Below are positions 12,406 to 25,335 of a DNA stretch of 64,000 nt, in pieces. Source of the DNA: Chrysemys picta bellii. Taxonomy: Eukaryota. The stretch is from positions 16,306,001 to 16,370,000 of the forward strand of contig NC_088808.1 in the NCBI RefSeq assembly GCF_011386835.1, given 5' to 3'. The notes under the pieces are model-generated. The model was given only the letters and a program-made list of their open reading frames with translations. It was not told where the DNA came from and made no database searches. Both the position numbers and the translations under genes were made by a program. Positions within the stretch are counted from its first letter, which is position 1. The number at the start of each line of letters is the position of its first letter.

Positions 12406-12762
12406 TTTCCCCAGAATTTGTTCCCATCTTTCAAAATTCCAACACTCAGTATCATTCCCCACTTTTTGTTCACACATAGGTAGAGGACAGTTCATTAACA
12501 GACACTTTTCTTCTTTAACAGTTCTTCACAACCCTTCCCTCCTCCTTGTAAAGGCAAACAGAATTTCCTTATAGCATTCAGGACATCCTACTCCAGGGCT
12601 GATCACTGGCAACAAAGAAGTCAATACTGCTTGGTGGGATGTCTGAATGCCACTTGTGGCTGTGTAGTTGCGGCATAGCACTAGGAGACAGCTCTCCCAG
12701 CGCTATAAAAAAAAAAAAAAAAAAAAAACACACACCACTTCCATGAGGGGAATAGCTCCCAG

Positions 12763-12933
12763 CAGGGCCGGCTCTGGCTTTTTTGCCACCCCAGGCAAAA
12801 AAGCCTCCCGGCGCCCCCTCTCCCCCTCCCCCCCCCCCCCCCCGCCACCCGCTCTCCCCGGGTGAGCACCGCCCCCCTCCAGGTGCCCCCCCCAAGCACA
12901 TGCTTGGAGAGCTGGTGCCTGGAGCCGGCCCTG
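12763..12933. mobile_element. hAT MITE (CAGGGCCGGCTC family)
   Basis: TIRs CAGGGCCGGCTC / GAGCCGGCCCTG; perfect TSD GCTCCCAG; same family as 54107-54600 in opposite orientation; sits within Harbinger-type MITE sequence ending GTGTAGACAAACC near 13052. Confidence 0.85.
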
Positions 12934-13211
12934 GCTCCCAGCACTGGTGCACTATCTACACTGGCACTTTACAACACTGAAACTTGCAGCGCTCAGGGGT
13001 GTGTTTTTTCACATCCCTGAGCAGCGCTGTAAAGTGCCAGTGTAGACAAACCCCAAGTTGGAACCATCATGTTGTAAGCCACAGGAGATCCTGCAAATCT
13101 GATCAGTTCTGTGAACTATTTAATTACTACACAGGGCTTTAGAGGATACACCAGGTAAACTAGCTATACAGGGTGACCAGATGTTGAAATGGAGATGGGT
13201 CCAGCCCCACC

Positions 13212-13709
13212 TGTGACACATTTAGCTCACCTCCCTAGGTGGAGAAAACTAGCAAAGTCGCATGGCTAAATCAGGCCCCCTTGGTAGGGGAAAGAGATAA
13301 AAAACAGATGCCTGTGGACAGGCAGGAAGGAAAGACTCCAGTTAGAAAACTTGGGAGTTGCTGGTTGATAGAGAGCAGAGTGAGACTCAGAAGAGCAGAA
13401 GGGCTACATAAACTTCTCTAAGCAGAGACACTATTCCTAGCTCCCAGGCAGAAGGCCTTGGGAGTGCAAGCCTGCTAGGATGGCTAGAGCGTAGAGAGCA
13501 AGTCTGCTAGAGGAAAGCCTCAGCAGAAACAAGACTAAGAACCCAGCATGAAGTGTTGTGAGCCAGCTAGGAAAGGCTGATGGAAAATGCTTATGTTTCC
13601 CTGTGAACTTTGTTAATAAACCCAGACCCCAAAGAAGTGGCATTACTCAACACATGAAATCCTGTGTTCAAGCTACTGGAGAGCACAAAAGGGGGAAGCT
13701 GAGGCAACA
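13212..13709 (+). mobile_element. probable solo LTR
   Basis: Starts TGTGACA, AATAAA at 13615-13620, ends near ...CAACA; no TSD found. Confidence 0.4.
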
Positions 13710-14870
13710 ACTAGCCCAAAGCCAGACTGGATAAGCAGCACTGCTATACTAGCCAACTCACTCCAAATGGCATAAGCCAAATTTAAGACACATTCTATGA
13801 AATTCTGGAAATGCAGTGCTCTGCTCTGAGTAAAACTGAACCATAAGGCAGGCCAGGAAACTTGTTAGACCTCAACATGTTGAAAACTGCAGAGAAAACC
13901 CTACATAGAATATAACAAAGCATATAGGTAGGACAATGAGTGTTAGAATAAAAATCTAACTACTGTGAAATGCAGAATGATTTTTTTTTTAAAGGAGCAA
14001 TGAAACCTCAACAGAAAGGGAAAAAAATCCCCCTCAAGGTTGAATGTATCAGTAGAAGAACAATGTTTTTTAAAATATATCACACTTATTTGATCTAAGT
14101 TAAAAAGTGACATTTCCTCTAAATGGGTTGTTCTTTTAATGCAAGGAAAAGCCAACTTCTGAAATACTGGTATAGTTGGGAATGTCATCATTTCCATCAT
14201 AAAACTGTTTTTCAGAGATCAGTAGCAGCCGTTTCAAACTGAATTAGACTAAAACTGGAAACAAGCTGTCAAGACCCAACAAATTGATTCAGCTGTTTTT
14301 ATTGTAACGGTCAGCCAAAAACACAAATATAGTAACATTCTATTATTTCAGACTCTGACAACCTCAAAGAACCTCTTAAAAAAAAAAAGTTCTGTTAGTA
14401 TAGATTTATTGCTTTGGGCTTTTAGGATGGGGGGAAGTGTCAAATTGTGCGTATCAGGGATTCTCAAATGTTTTCATACCTTAGAGAGCTTAAGACAGAA
14501 AACCTCTAGATGACTGTCTCTCCTAGATATTTCACCTTACCTGTAGCAGCTAGGTGTAATGTAATGGGTGTGGCTGACAAGATATAACCTAGGACAGCAT
14601 AGGTGTGCTGTTTCTTTCCTCTTCTTGTGTGTAGGATGAAAGAGTAAAGCTCTTCAGAGCAGGAAGTGTGCACACACACGCATCAGAAAATATTTGCACC
14701 ATTGATTTCAATGAGACTTCATATGCAAAAGTAAAATTCTATGGTCAGAGAAGTAAAGCATAGTACAGCTGCAGTTGCATATTATGTGATCACACATCTA
14801 TGAAAAGTTAATATTTTAATTTAATTTAAATACATATTAAAGAGAGACATGTCTAGATAGCCTTACTTTA

Positions 14871-15105
14871 GTACTATGTCTATACTACTGTCTCCCTATG
14901 CCAACGGGACAGAGTTCTCCTGTTGGCATAATTAAGTCACCTCCAGTGAGCAATGGTAGCTATGTCCGCAGGAGAGCGTCTCTCACCAACATAGCGTTGT
15001 CCACACAGGCGCTTTTGTCTGTGAAACTTATGTTGGTTGGGGGGGGAGGGGGTTCCCACACCCCTGACTTACAAAAGTTTTACTGATAAAAGTGTAGACA
15101 TAGCC
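14871..15105. mobile_element. Harbinger-type MITE
   Basis: TTA|GTACTATGTCTATAC ... GTGTAGACATAGCC|TAA. Confidence 0.7.
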
Positions 15106-15425
15106 TAACTATGATAAAAGCAAGGAAATTCACAAATGCGGCTGCCATTCAAACCTTAATTGATTCCTTTGCATCTGTATACCTGACAGGGTATGCACAG
15201 ATCACTACAGTGTTTGAATTCAGGGACAGAAGAATACTTAGAGAATCTAAGCACAATGGGGCAAGCAAAGAGACTGGCAACTTAGCTTTTAATTTTACCT
15301 TTTTAAGTGTAAAAGACAGTTTTATATTTGTATTTCATATTTTAAAAGGTAGCTGTTTTCAGTCATGCTCTGCTTTCCAATCAAACCCTAGAATGTCTCT
15401 GGAAAACACTCAATTTCAGATGTAA

Positions 15426-15702
15426 GGCTATATCTACACTACCACTTTTGTTGCTCAGGAGTGTGGAAAAAAAAAAACCCACCCCCCTGAGCAACATAAG
15501 GGAGAGATTCTCCCACTGACAGAGCTAACACCACTTGTTGGGGGGGGGGGGGGGGGGGGGGGGGGGGAGAGGGGTGATTTCATTATAATCGACAGGGGAG
15601 CCCTCTCCCATCAGCATAGAGCAGCTATACCAGAGATCTTACAGCAGTTCAGCTGCATCGGTACAGCTGTGCCACGGTAAGGTTTCTAGTGTAGACATAG
15701 CC
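15426..15702. mobile_element. Harbinger-type MITE
   Basis: TAA|GGCTATATCTACACT ... AGTGTAGACATAGCC|TAA; TWA TSD; contains a long poly-G run near 15540-15567. Confidence 0.8.
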
Positions 15703-17893
15703 TAATTCTACCCAATAAGTATCTTAGTTATTTTGTCAGATAGTCAATGTACAAACTTTTGAAGGAGACAACAGCAATCTGGATAAGGCCAAATAATTCT
15801 ATGGGGTATCAAACATGCATGGTTTGGGGGACGGGTGTTAAAGTAAGAAATTTAAAAAAAAAAAAAAAAAGACACCAAGCAAGCAAGTACAATGATGTGA
15901 GATTTATACTTTGTGTTCATTGAGAAAATGCTTCTATGCCTTAATGAATCAGTGAACAGATGAGATATAATTGTTCTCACTTAGTTTCACAAGCTCTTTA
16001 TAGAAACAGCCCTTTGTTTAAAAAGCACAAAGTAACCACTGACGCTCCTCTCACTTCTTGCCATGAGATACATTTTGCAAACACAAAATAAAGCTACGTG
16101 CAAATTCTTTCCAACAAGTCACTTACCTAATCTTATTTGTAAATGAACAGTAGATAATAAATTAATTTTTAGTTCTCCCAAACACATTAACAAAGCAAAC
16201 TGACGGAAGAATTCTTCTGACAACCTAGCTACCGCCTCTCAGGATTACCTACCCCAAACAGGAGAACCCCTGCTGTCAACTAGGTAGTGTCTACACTGAA
16301 GTGTTACAGTGGCGCACCTGCACTGGTGCAACTATGCCGCTATAGCATTTCAAACGTAGACAAGCCCAAAGACTTGGAAACGTTAACCAAAACACTATAG
16401 ATGCAGTTTTTGTTTTGGTTGCAGACTACACTGAAAAAGACTAAAGCAATATTGATATAGGGTGTAGGATAATTTCTGATGAAAATCATTCCTTTTTTTT
16501 ATTTCAGGAATGTGTGTGGTGCCCATCAATGTTGTATCAAGGCATACTGTGGATGAACGGATGGGGAGACTTAGCAACGTTTGTGGAAAAGCCTGGCCAA
16601 AGAGAATAGTCCTAGTGTTTTCCTAAACTGGACAGTTTCTTGGGTAAATTTCTGAAAGAAGCAAGGTATTTAAATTTTTTTTTACCTTTTCTCAATCAAA
16701 GCTGTCATATATGCAGAGCACATAAATTACACCAAATGTTAGGACATAGCATTCAAAGTATTGGAGATGTTTAAAACATTGTAATAAGCATAAATTAGAA
16801 AATTACCAATAAGCTAATAGGTAAAAGTACCATCAATTTATTCATTACACTGTACCGGCTTATTTCATGAGCAATTTAGAACTGAAAGAGAGTAATATTT
16901 GACTGATGAGCTTATTTCATTCCTGCTAAATATAATTAGCCATTTGGTATGACTGTCTTCTACCATTAATGTACATGCAGTACAATAACAGCTTTAAGCA
17001 TTCCATCTACAGCCTAATGTCATCAAGCAAGACTTCAGTCAGAGTTCACCTTGCAAAGGGGTTAATGACAGGAAGACAATTATTGATCTCTTCAGGATGC
17101 TTCAGGAGTCCGTAAAACTTGTTACTTTTATAAGAGGTCAAATAATGGCCAAGAAACAGTACCTGGAAGAATGAGTCATCTTAAAGGCCTTTATTAAACC
17201 TACTTTTATTACTACAGAAGAAGGTTTTACCAGAGCACGCTATAACTGCACTAATGTCGCTGACAAAAGATTTTGTTTGTCTCTGTTTTTTTCCAAATGG
17301 AAGCCATTTAAAATTAGACAGGATAAAGCACTAGAGTATCCTGCATTGGCAGGGAAATTGACTATATGCCCTAATAGGTCATGTCCATCTCTAAATTGTA
17401 GGATTTTATCATTTATTCAAGCACAAACTCTCCCATGCTCACTTGAAAGCAAGAGCTATGCAAAAGTAGGTATAACCACTGTAATGCAAAGATTTAGGAT
17501 TCAAGTTGTTCTGAATAAGATGTTCACATTTTTACCAGTCCCTTATCCCCTTCTATAAGCCACCAAGAGGTGTACTGTGACACCAATTATGCTGCAATGA
17601 AAGCTAAGAAACTTCTCTCTGACCAAAATACCCTGACAATCTGTCATAAAATGATAATTCTGGTGTTCTGCAATCTCCACTCCCATACTTAGAGCACTGA
17701 CTTTTACCATGCCTCTAGTCCCAACTGGCCCAAGACATAAGACTACAATCATAGAGAAAAATCAAGCCTGTCTCCCAAGAGATAGCACCCTGCACTACAA
17801 GTCAAGTCAGCTCTTTGTTTTCTATGAAAGAAGAGTAATTTATTACACCTGTACACAAACCTTGATAACTCTTGTAAAGATAAATATAATGAA

Positions 17894-18450
17894 TAGGGCT
17901 GTTGATTAATTGCAGTTAACTCATGCGATTAACTCAAAAAAATTAATCATGATTCATCACAGTTTTAATCGCACTGTTAAACAATACAATAACAATTGAA
18001 TTTTTTTTAAATATTTTTGGATGTTTTTTCTACATTTTCAAATATACTAATTTTAAATACAACACAGAATGCTAAGTGTACATTGCTCACTTTATATTAT
18101 TTTTATTACAAATATTTGCACTGTAAAAATGATAAAATAGTATTTTTCAATTCACCTCATACAATATTGTAATACAATCTCTTTATTGTAAAAGTGCAAC
18201 TTACAAATGTAGATTTTTTGTTACGTAACTGCACTCAAAAACAAAACAATGCAAAACTTTAGAGCCTACAAGACCATTCAGTCCTACTTCTTGTTCAGCC
18301 AATCACTAAGACAAACAAGTTTGTTTACATTTACGGGAGATAATGCTGCCGGCTTCTTTTTACAAAGTCACCTGAAAGCGTGAACAGCCATTCGCATGGG
18401 AATTTTGTAGCCGGCATAGCAAGGCATTTACGTGCCAGATATGCTAAACA
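17894..18450 (+). mobile_element. truncated hAT-like DNA transposon end
   Basis: Begins TAGGGCTGTTGATTAATTGCAGTTAAC with subterminal GATTAATC/GCGATTAA repeats; the other end was not found. Confidence 0.55.
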
Positions 18451-21203
18451 AGAGCATACTGTGGAAAGGAAGAGTTTGGTCCCGAGGGCCCCCTACGTGA
18501 CTCTCTTTGCTGTGCCTATTCTGAAACAGTAGCTCCCTGCCACCACCACACTTCAAGAGAGAAGCTGGGTAGCTGCTCCGTGGTCAACAGTTGCGGTTCT
18601 GAGAGCAGGCTCCCGTGGCTAGACAGGAAGCTTCCCAGGCCCTTCAATGTTTTGCTTCAATCTATGCTCCGAGCCACCATTTGCATGGTCATGGGGCTGC
18701 TGCCTGTGTCAGGCCTGGGAGATCTTGAGGCTGAGGCATGGCCATTGACTGCTTTCTAGGCACTCTCCTGCTTGGGACACTGAAGAGGATCTTGGGTTTC
18801 CACAGAACAGGCAAAGATCTCCATCCAGCCACTCCATCAGTGGTGAGACGCAGGAGCGGCAGTTTGTAGCTTCCCCTCTCTTAGACTTCTCTGCCATGCT
18901 GCACTCCATGCGGGTGAACAGGGGACACAGAGTCCCAGTGACTATGGGGAGAAAGGAAATCCTCTGTTGATAAAGAGCCTGGGGATTTTTTCCCCTCTCC
19001 CTCCTCCCACCCCCAACCCCACAGGAGCTGGTCTGCCTGCCTGCAGCTGAAGAGAGACAAAAAACTGTCAGTTTCTCAGAGGTAGAGCCATACCTCCCCT
19101 ACCACTGACTAACAAGTTTGACCTGCCTGCAAGGGTGCACAGAACAACAGAGACTCCTATGTCATGGATCTGTGGACCTGATTACAAATAATAAATATCT
19201 TACAAAGTTTGTTTTCTTGAGATAAAGATCTTGTCCATTTGAAACTGCTGTCTTGTACAAAGGGATGTGTGTCCTGTTTGAGAAAACACTCTTGTTGACT
19301 TTATTTTTGACCAAACAGTTCCTGGATTTACAAGCTACCATTCATAGTACATTTACATCTTGCAATTAAAATTCTTATCCAGTATTCTGTACATAGCATG
19401 ACTCATAACAAACAACTAACACTTATATTATTCTCTTTTATGCGATGTTTTGAAACTGTGTGTATGTAATAAAGCAGCATTCCAGTGTCTGTGTAACCAT
19501 GCTTGGTGATCATAAATATGGTTTTATGGGTAAGGAGGTGTCATCCTCTGACACTTTTGGTGCTTGCCACTGGCTGACAGAAAGCAGACATTTTGGAGGA
19601 ATTTCCTTAATTAGCTTGAACATATTGTTTAATTAAATAAGTAACCAAAAACATAAGCATTGGAGCTATCATAATCTCCAAGTTTTGTATGCATGAAAGT
19701 AAGCATCTCCTAAAATTCAGTACAGAAGCAGGCAAGTTTGTAATAACCCAACATTATACAAATAAAATAATTTTATTAATAGCCACATTTGCATCAACAT
19801 TGAGCTTTACCCCTTACATATTAAGTCCACTAACAGGAACCAGACATGGCGAGGTTAAGTGACTTGCCTAAGGTGACACAGTGAGTCAATGACAGTGCTA
19901 GGAATAACAACAGCAGGAGCAGAACCTAGGAATTCTGTTTCAGACTCTTCACTTAATCCCCACACAACAATGTCTTGCAGTTATACTTTGTCACATTTAT
20001 CACCTTCTATAAATGTTTGTCTTCATTTTTTACAGCCCCCAATGAGATATGTGGAAGAGCAAGATGCCATACAAATCACACACACCTGTAAAAGTGCATG
20101 ACTCAATTTAGTTGAAATTTTGTTATTAACACAAATTAAATTAAGGCACTTTAACCAGATGTATGCAATGATTACAGTATGTAAATTAAAGTGGAGGTAA
20201 AAAGGAAGAGTGGTCTCACTGGCTTATCTACAGCATAATTCAACCACCCAAAAATGAACTGTTCATACAGCTTTTGTAAAGGAAGAAGAAAAGAAGAGAG
20301 AGGAATAAGAATTGGAGGGGATAGGGAAGAGGAGGAGTGTTTTGGTGAGCACGGCAACATCAATCATATTGACCCTGAGATGTGCTAACAGCTAGGATTT
20401 TAATACTTAGAGATATATGAAACAACACTCGCTAGAAAATAAAGGTATTTCAAACCATTTAACAATTCACAACCACCTTGTCAGCTGTTGAGGTTTATGA
20501 TGCACTGTATATTAGTGTATCACTTCTCATAATTATGAAAAGTGAGAGTTGTACTGCTTCTGGCACTATTTTAATCATAGCCCTGAAAAATACTACAGCA
20601 TTACAGAAGACACAAGGCACAACAATAGACCACCACACACACAAGCACAGTATAATATTTGTGGGCTGTATCAGATTTTATAAAGGATTCTAACAACTTG
20701 AAATAGGGAGTGCATCTTCTAGCATATGAGGCACCATTCTTACCAACAGCGCCCTAATGCAAATGGTTAAAATAATTAAAATAAAAGAAAATTACATATT
20801 TTTTAAAAAACAGAATTATCAAAGCAGACATGGACCAAGGATTCCTAGTTAATTCTCTTGCATCTTTAAAATAACAGAACAGCTCATTTTCACCACCATA
20901 TCCTGTGATCTGTACACAGGATTAAATTTGGCACAGCACTGCTACTCTGTGGTAAAATCCCACCAGTCCCCCGCTACCCATAGCACCTTTACAGGGGTGC
21001 CAGCAGGAGCAGAGTAAAAATGATAATTTTATTCTGCTCCTGTGGCCAGCATTGCAAAGTCACCAGCACAAACGTGATCCTCCAATGTTGGCAAGGGAGG
21101 ATTTACAGTAACATTGAGGGGGAGAAAGAGAACAATGGAGGAGGTGAGGGAGACCAAAACTGAAGGACAGGCAGGTTGAGGTGGTGGCAGTGCAACCAAC
21201 TAA

Positions 21204-21932
21204 GGCCATGTCTACTCTCCTGGTGCTACAGCAGCACAGCTACAGGGCTCTAGCTATGTCCCCAAAGTACCTGTCACGGAGTATTGGGGGACTCAGGGCC
21301 CTGCACCCCCGGCCTCCTGCGATTCACCATGACTCTCAGCCAGCCAGCAAAGCAGAAGGTTTATTTGGATGACAGGAATACAGTCCAAGACAGGTCTTGC
21401 AGGCACAGACAACAGGGACCCCCTCAGTTAGGTCCATCTTGGGGTCCCAGGGCATCCCAGCCCCCCTTGGGAGGTCAGAGCAATCTCTGCCTCCCCACCA
21501 TCTCACCACCCAGCTTCCAAGACTCTGCCTTCAGCGACCCCTCCCACAGCCTTTGTTCAGTTTCCCGGGCCAAGGAGTCACCTGGCCTCCAACCCCTTCC
21601 TGGGTTCTCATGTTACACGCTCAGGTATTCTCCCCCCCGGGCAGTCTACCATCCCCCAATGCAGACTATCCTAGCCACACACCCCTGTTAGCATTCACAG
21701 ACCACAGTAAGAACAGTCCCAGTTCGTCACAGTACCATAGTGTAGGCACTTCCTACAGCTATGGAAGAGATTTTTCCATCACTATAGGCAATCCTTTTCA
21801 CTGAGCAGTAGCTAGGTCGATGGAAGCATTCTTCTTTCGACACAGTCATGTCTATACCAGAAGTGAGGTTAGAATAGCTACAGTACTCAGTGCATAGCTA
21901 CGTCAATCTAAATTTTAAGTGTAGGCCAAGCC
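21204..21932. mobile_element. Harbinger-type MITE hosting a solo LTR
   Basis: TAA|GGCCATGTCTAC ... GTGTAGGCCAAGCC|TAA. Confidence 0.7.
21272..21731 (-). mobile_element. solo LTR
   Basis: TG...CA ends, perfect 5-bp TSD GTACC (21267-21271, 21732-21736), AATAAA on minus at 21360-21365. Confidence 0.85.
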
Positions 21933-22584
21933 TAAAGTATTGTTCCTTAGATCAGCAAGGATGAGGCGTGCTATGAAGGTAGTGTGCTTGGCACCTTAGG
22001 AGAGCCTCATTACTCCATAGCAACTTCTTATGTCTGGGGTTTATGAGCTTCATAAGAATCCATGCGCAGCTCTCTTCTGCCAAAGGGAGCTTCGCTAAAA
22101 TGTATGCCTTTTTTGTTTTCATTGGGGAAATGGGGGAGTTGGAATTTGAAGAAATCACATCACATATGCATACATCCTCTACCTTAAAAAGGTAGGGCTA
22201 GTACTCGAACAAAAAGATGGGGAATAAGCAAAGGGGAGAAGAGAGAAGACAATCATACAAAACTCTAAAAGCAACAGAGGGGAAGGAAGGGGAAAACAAA
22301 GGAAAAATGCTGAATTAAAAGAGGAGAAAAGTGAGGAGATTCATTTAGGGGCAAGGGAAAAGAGGATGAGAATTATGGTCTTCTAGTTTCTTTTGATTCC
22401 TAGTTCTATAACTGCAGTTAGTCCTGCTGAGGGCTCAATTCTGCACCACTGGAGTAAGTGGGAGTTTTGCTGGCAACACAAAGATACAGAAAATAACTTC
22501 CAACTACAACCACTTATATTTTTAACTTCTTCTTAGAGTTTAAAGAGAATCTTCCACCTTCACAGACAGAAGTGGAAACATAGC

Positions 22585-22850
22585 TGACAGAGAAGAACAT
22601 AGGAACTGCCACACTGGATCAGACCAACAGTGCCTCTCATCCAGTATTCTTTCTCCAACAGTGGCTGACACCAGAAGATTCAGAGGAAGGTGCAAGAAAG
22701 CCCACAATGAAAGCCAGACTATAGGGGACATTTCTGCCTACTCTGAAGCAGTTGGGGGTGTCTAATTCCCCTTAAGCATGAGGGTTTATATTCCTTATAA
22801 ATTTTAATTCTATCTAATGTAACAGTGAACGTTATTATCCATGTAAGTGG
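22585..22850 (-). mobile_element. old CR1-like 3' fragment
   Basis: AGAACATAGGAACTGCCACACTGGATCAGACC resembles the reverse complement of an old CR1 3' end. Confidence 0.45.
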
Positions 22851-23611
22851 GTGATGTGTAAAAATGGCACTTTACACAAACACAAGAAATTCAGACTCAT
22901 TTTCAAATTAAACATTGAACACTAATGTTGTTATAAATATTGTATTCAAGTTTTTTGATAAATGCTAGAATTTTAATTTCTAAACCAGTGTTGTTGCTAT
23001 AACATTCTCTTTCTCACGTACACATCTGTTGAACAAATACTATGGCTCTTCTGTAAAGTATCAACAGGTGCTTATCTGAGAGATGCCTTTATGTTTAAAG
23101 GGTAATTTGTGAATAAGTTACCCTCTCAGGTTGATAACAGGATAGTTAGATTAGATAAATTAATCAAAGAACAAGTTGTACCGGCAAGCACCAGAGACTC
23201 ACCATTTTTCTTAAGGCCGTCCTGCAGTCAGCCCTGAGAAAGCATCTTAGAGAACACAAAATACGAGCTGGCAGGTTCCCATGTGCAGAGGAAAAGCACA
23301 GTGGTGCACACATTACAAAAGCATGATATCTGTGGGACATCAAGGTGTCTACTGAACTGCAATAATAGACTCTATAATTCAGAATACATTAAACTCACCA
23401 TAAGAGGATATGAGAACCTTAATGTTAAAAAACAGACTGCCAGGAAGGCCAGGCAGTTCTGAATTATGGCTGCTATTAACTCACCCTCATTGTGCCTAAA
23501 CATTGCAACATAGGTGGTCCCTTTGCAGCAGACATTCCCAGAATAACTGGTTAATAAGACCCGGACTAGGTGATTCCTATTTTGTGAAACACAAAATATT
23601 TATACCTAGTC

Positions 23612-23904
23612 CAGGGGTAGGCAACCTGCGGCACACAAGCTGATTTTCAGCGGCACTCTCACTGCCCGGGTCCTGGCCACCGGTCTGGGGGGCTCTGCAT
23701 TTTAATTTAATTTTAAATGAAGCTTCTTAAACATTTTAAAAACCTTATTTACTTTACATACAACAATAGTTTAGTTATCTATTATAGACTTATAGGAAGA
23801 GACCTTCTAAAAACATTAAAATGTATTACTGGCACGCGAAACCTTAAATCAGAGTGAATAAATGAAGACTCGGCACACCACTTCTGAAAGGTTGCTGACC
23901 CCTG
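23612..23904. mobile_element. hAT (Charlie-like) MITE
   Basis: TIRs CAGGGGTAGGCAACCT / AGGTTGCTGACCCCTG; perfect TSD ACCTAGTC; near-identical to 39560-39872 in reverse. Confidence 0.88.
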
Positions 23905-24239
23905 ACCTAGTCACATATTTAGCTCATACAGATTAAACAAATGTTCCTGTGATTTTAACCAATGCTGTGAATCCCATTGTCCTGCAATGCTCAGAGACAA
24001 AAGGCTCATTTAAGAAATTTCTTGGTTTTGTAACTAGTCTCCTTCTGGGAATTTTCATTACAATGCACTATCCTGTTGAGCAGGAGCCTGCAGGAATACT
24101 TCTGTGCACTTTTCAACAGTAGCCACCATATAGCTCAATGTTCATGTGAAGTTAGGAATTTCTTTCCCTTTAAATTTGTTTCCTTTTTTTAAAAATTATT
24201 TATCAGATGTCAGAGAATGATATTTTGTAGTTATATATA

Positions 24240-24430
24240 CACTCCCGAGCGGATTGTCTCAAAGTGCTTTAGAGAGATGAATTAAGTCTCCGTGCCAGTG
24301 AAGTAGGTAGGTGACAGGATCCCAAAGAGATTAAGTGATTTGCTCAAGATCACGCAGCAAGTCAGAAGCAGCGTCAGGAGCCGAACACAGGAGACCTGAC
24401 TTCCAATCTCCTGTATGAATCACTAAAAAA
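24240..24430 (-). mobile_element. MIR/CORE-type SINE fragment
   Basis: GATTAAGTGATTTGCTCAAGATCAC...CAGGAGACCTGACTTCC reverse core and head. Confidence 0.55.
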
Positions 24431-25109
24431 TTATCCTTCACCAAAAATAAATGGGCATAACTGATTTAGTCCTACTCTTCCTACTTGCCTCTTTCTTCCC
24501 CAATTACTGCTCTAGCAGGTGTTTTTCCTAGGAAGAGTAAATACTGCACTATACTCAGCAATTTCCAGCTTCATCCTCCACCCCTATCGCCCTCTTGAAT
24601 GATCATCACAGTAATTTTCCAAATAATTTTCTCACTTTTCTAAAAAACCCTTAGAATCTTGGTGACCCTTTAGCCAATTATTTTTCCTCCTCCAGTGACA
24701 TTTTTGTTATTGCAAAGTTGTTGACAATTTCTGGCATAAACATTTTATCTGATGGTCTTCCCTCCATGTTACCCACTAACACTGAAATCACCGAGAGAAT
24801 TTATGCTCCACCTGAATTTTGCCACCCCTCTGCTGGTCACTGAGTCAAATCTAGGAATAATGGCACTAACTATCCCCCTGGTAGAGCACAAAGGAACAAT
24901 TAATACCTATGGCAGTTGGATGGGATAAGGTAATCATCTCTTCCCTAAATCCTTCAAAGTCAGAATATTCAGAAAATTGAATTCAGAAGACTAAAGGCAT
25001 TTCACCAAAATATTTGCCTAAAATTGTAAAGAATTAGAAACCTAGAAGGGCATTTTTCAAGCTGCCAGACAAATGAACAAGATTAGTGACTAACTGGTTA
25101 ATACTTGGC

Positions 25110-25335
25110 ATCTATAGAGTGTCTTCTGCACAAGGATTTCAATGCACTTTACACACATTTGACCCAAAACTCTCCCAGGAAGTTGGCTAAGTATTATTAT
25201 ATCGTTTTACACTTCTTGAGAAAGTTGAGGCACAGAGATTTTGCTGACATATCCAAGATTACAAAGAAAATTAGTAAGCAAGGCAGGAATGGAATTCAAG
25301 GGCCCAAACTCCTAGTCTAGGTCTTAACCATAAGA
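25110..25335 (-). mobile_element. MIR/CORE-type SINE
   Basis: AAAGTTGAGGCACAGAGA...GGAATTCAAGGGCCCAAACTCCTAGTC...TTAACCATAAG. Confidence 0.55.

Noticed and set aside
15538-15567. Long poly-G run as a functional element
   Set aside because: It is a homopolymer expansion inside a MITE; the length may be a sequencing artefact.
16900-16960. CTGATGAG as ribozyme core or C/D snoRNA box
   Set aside because: No GAAA partner or terminal stem with D box, and it is antisense to the host gene.
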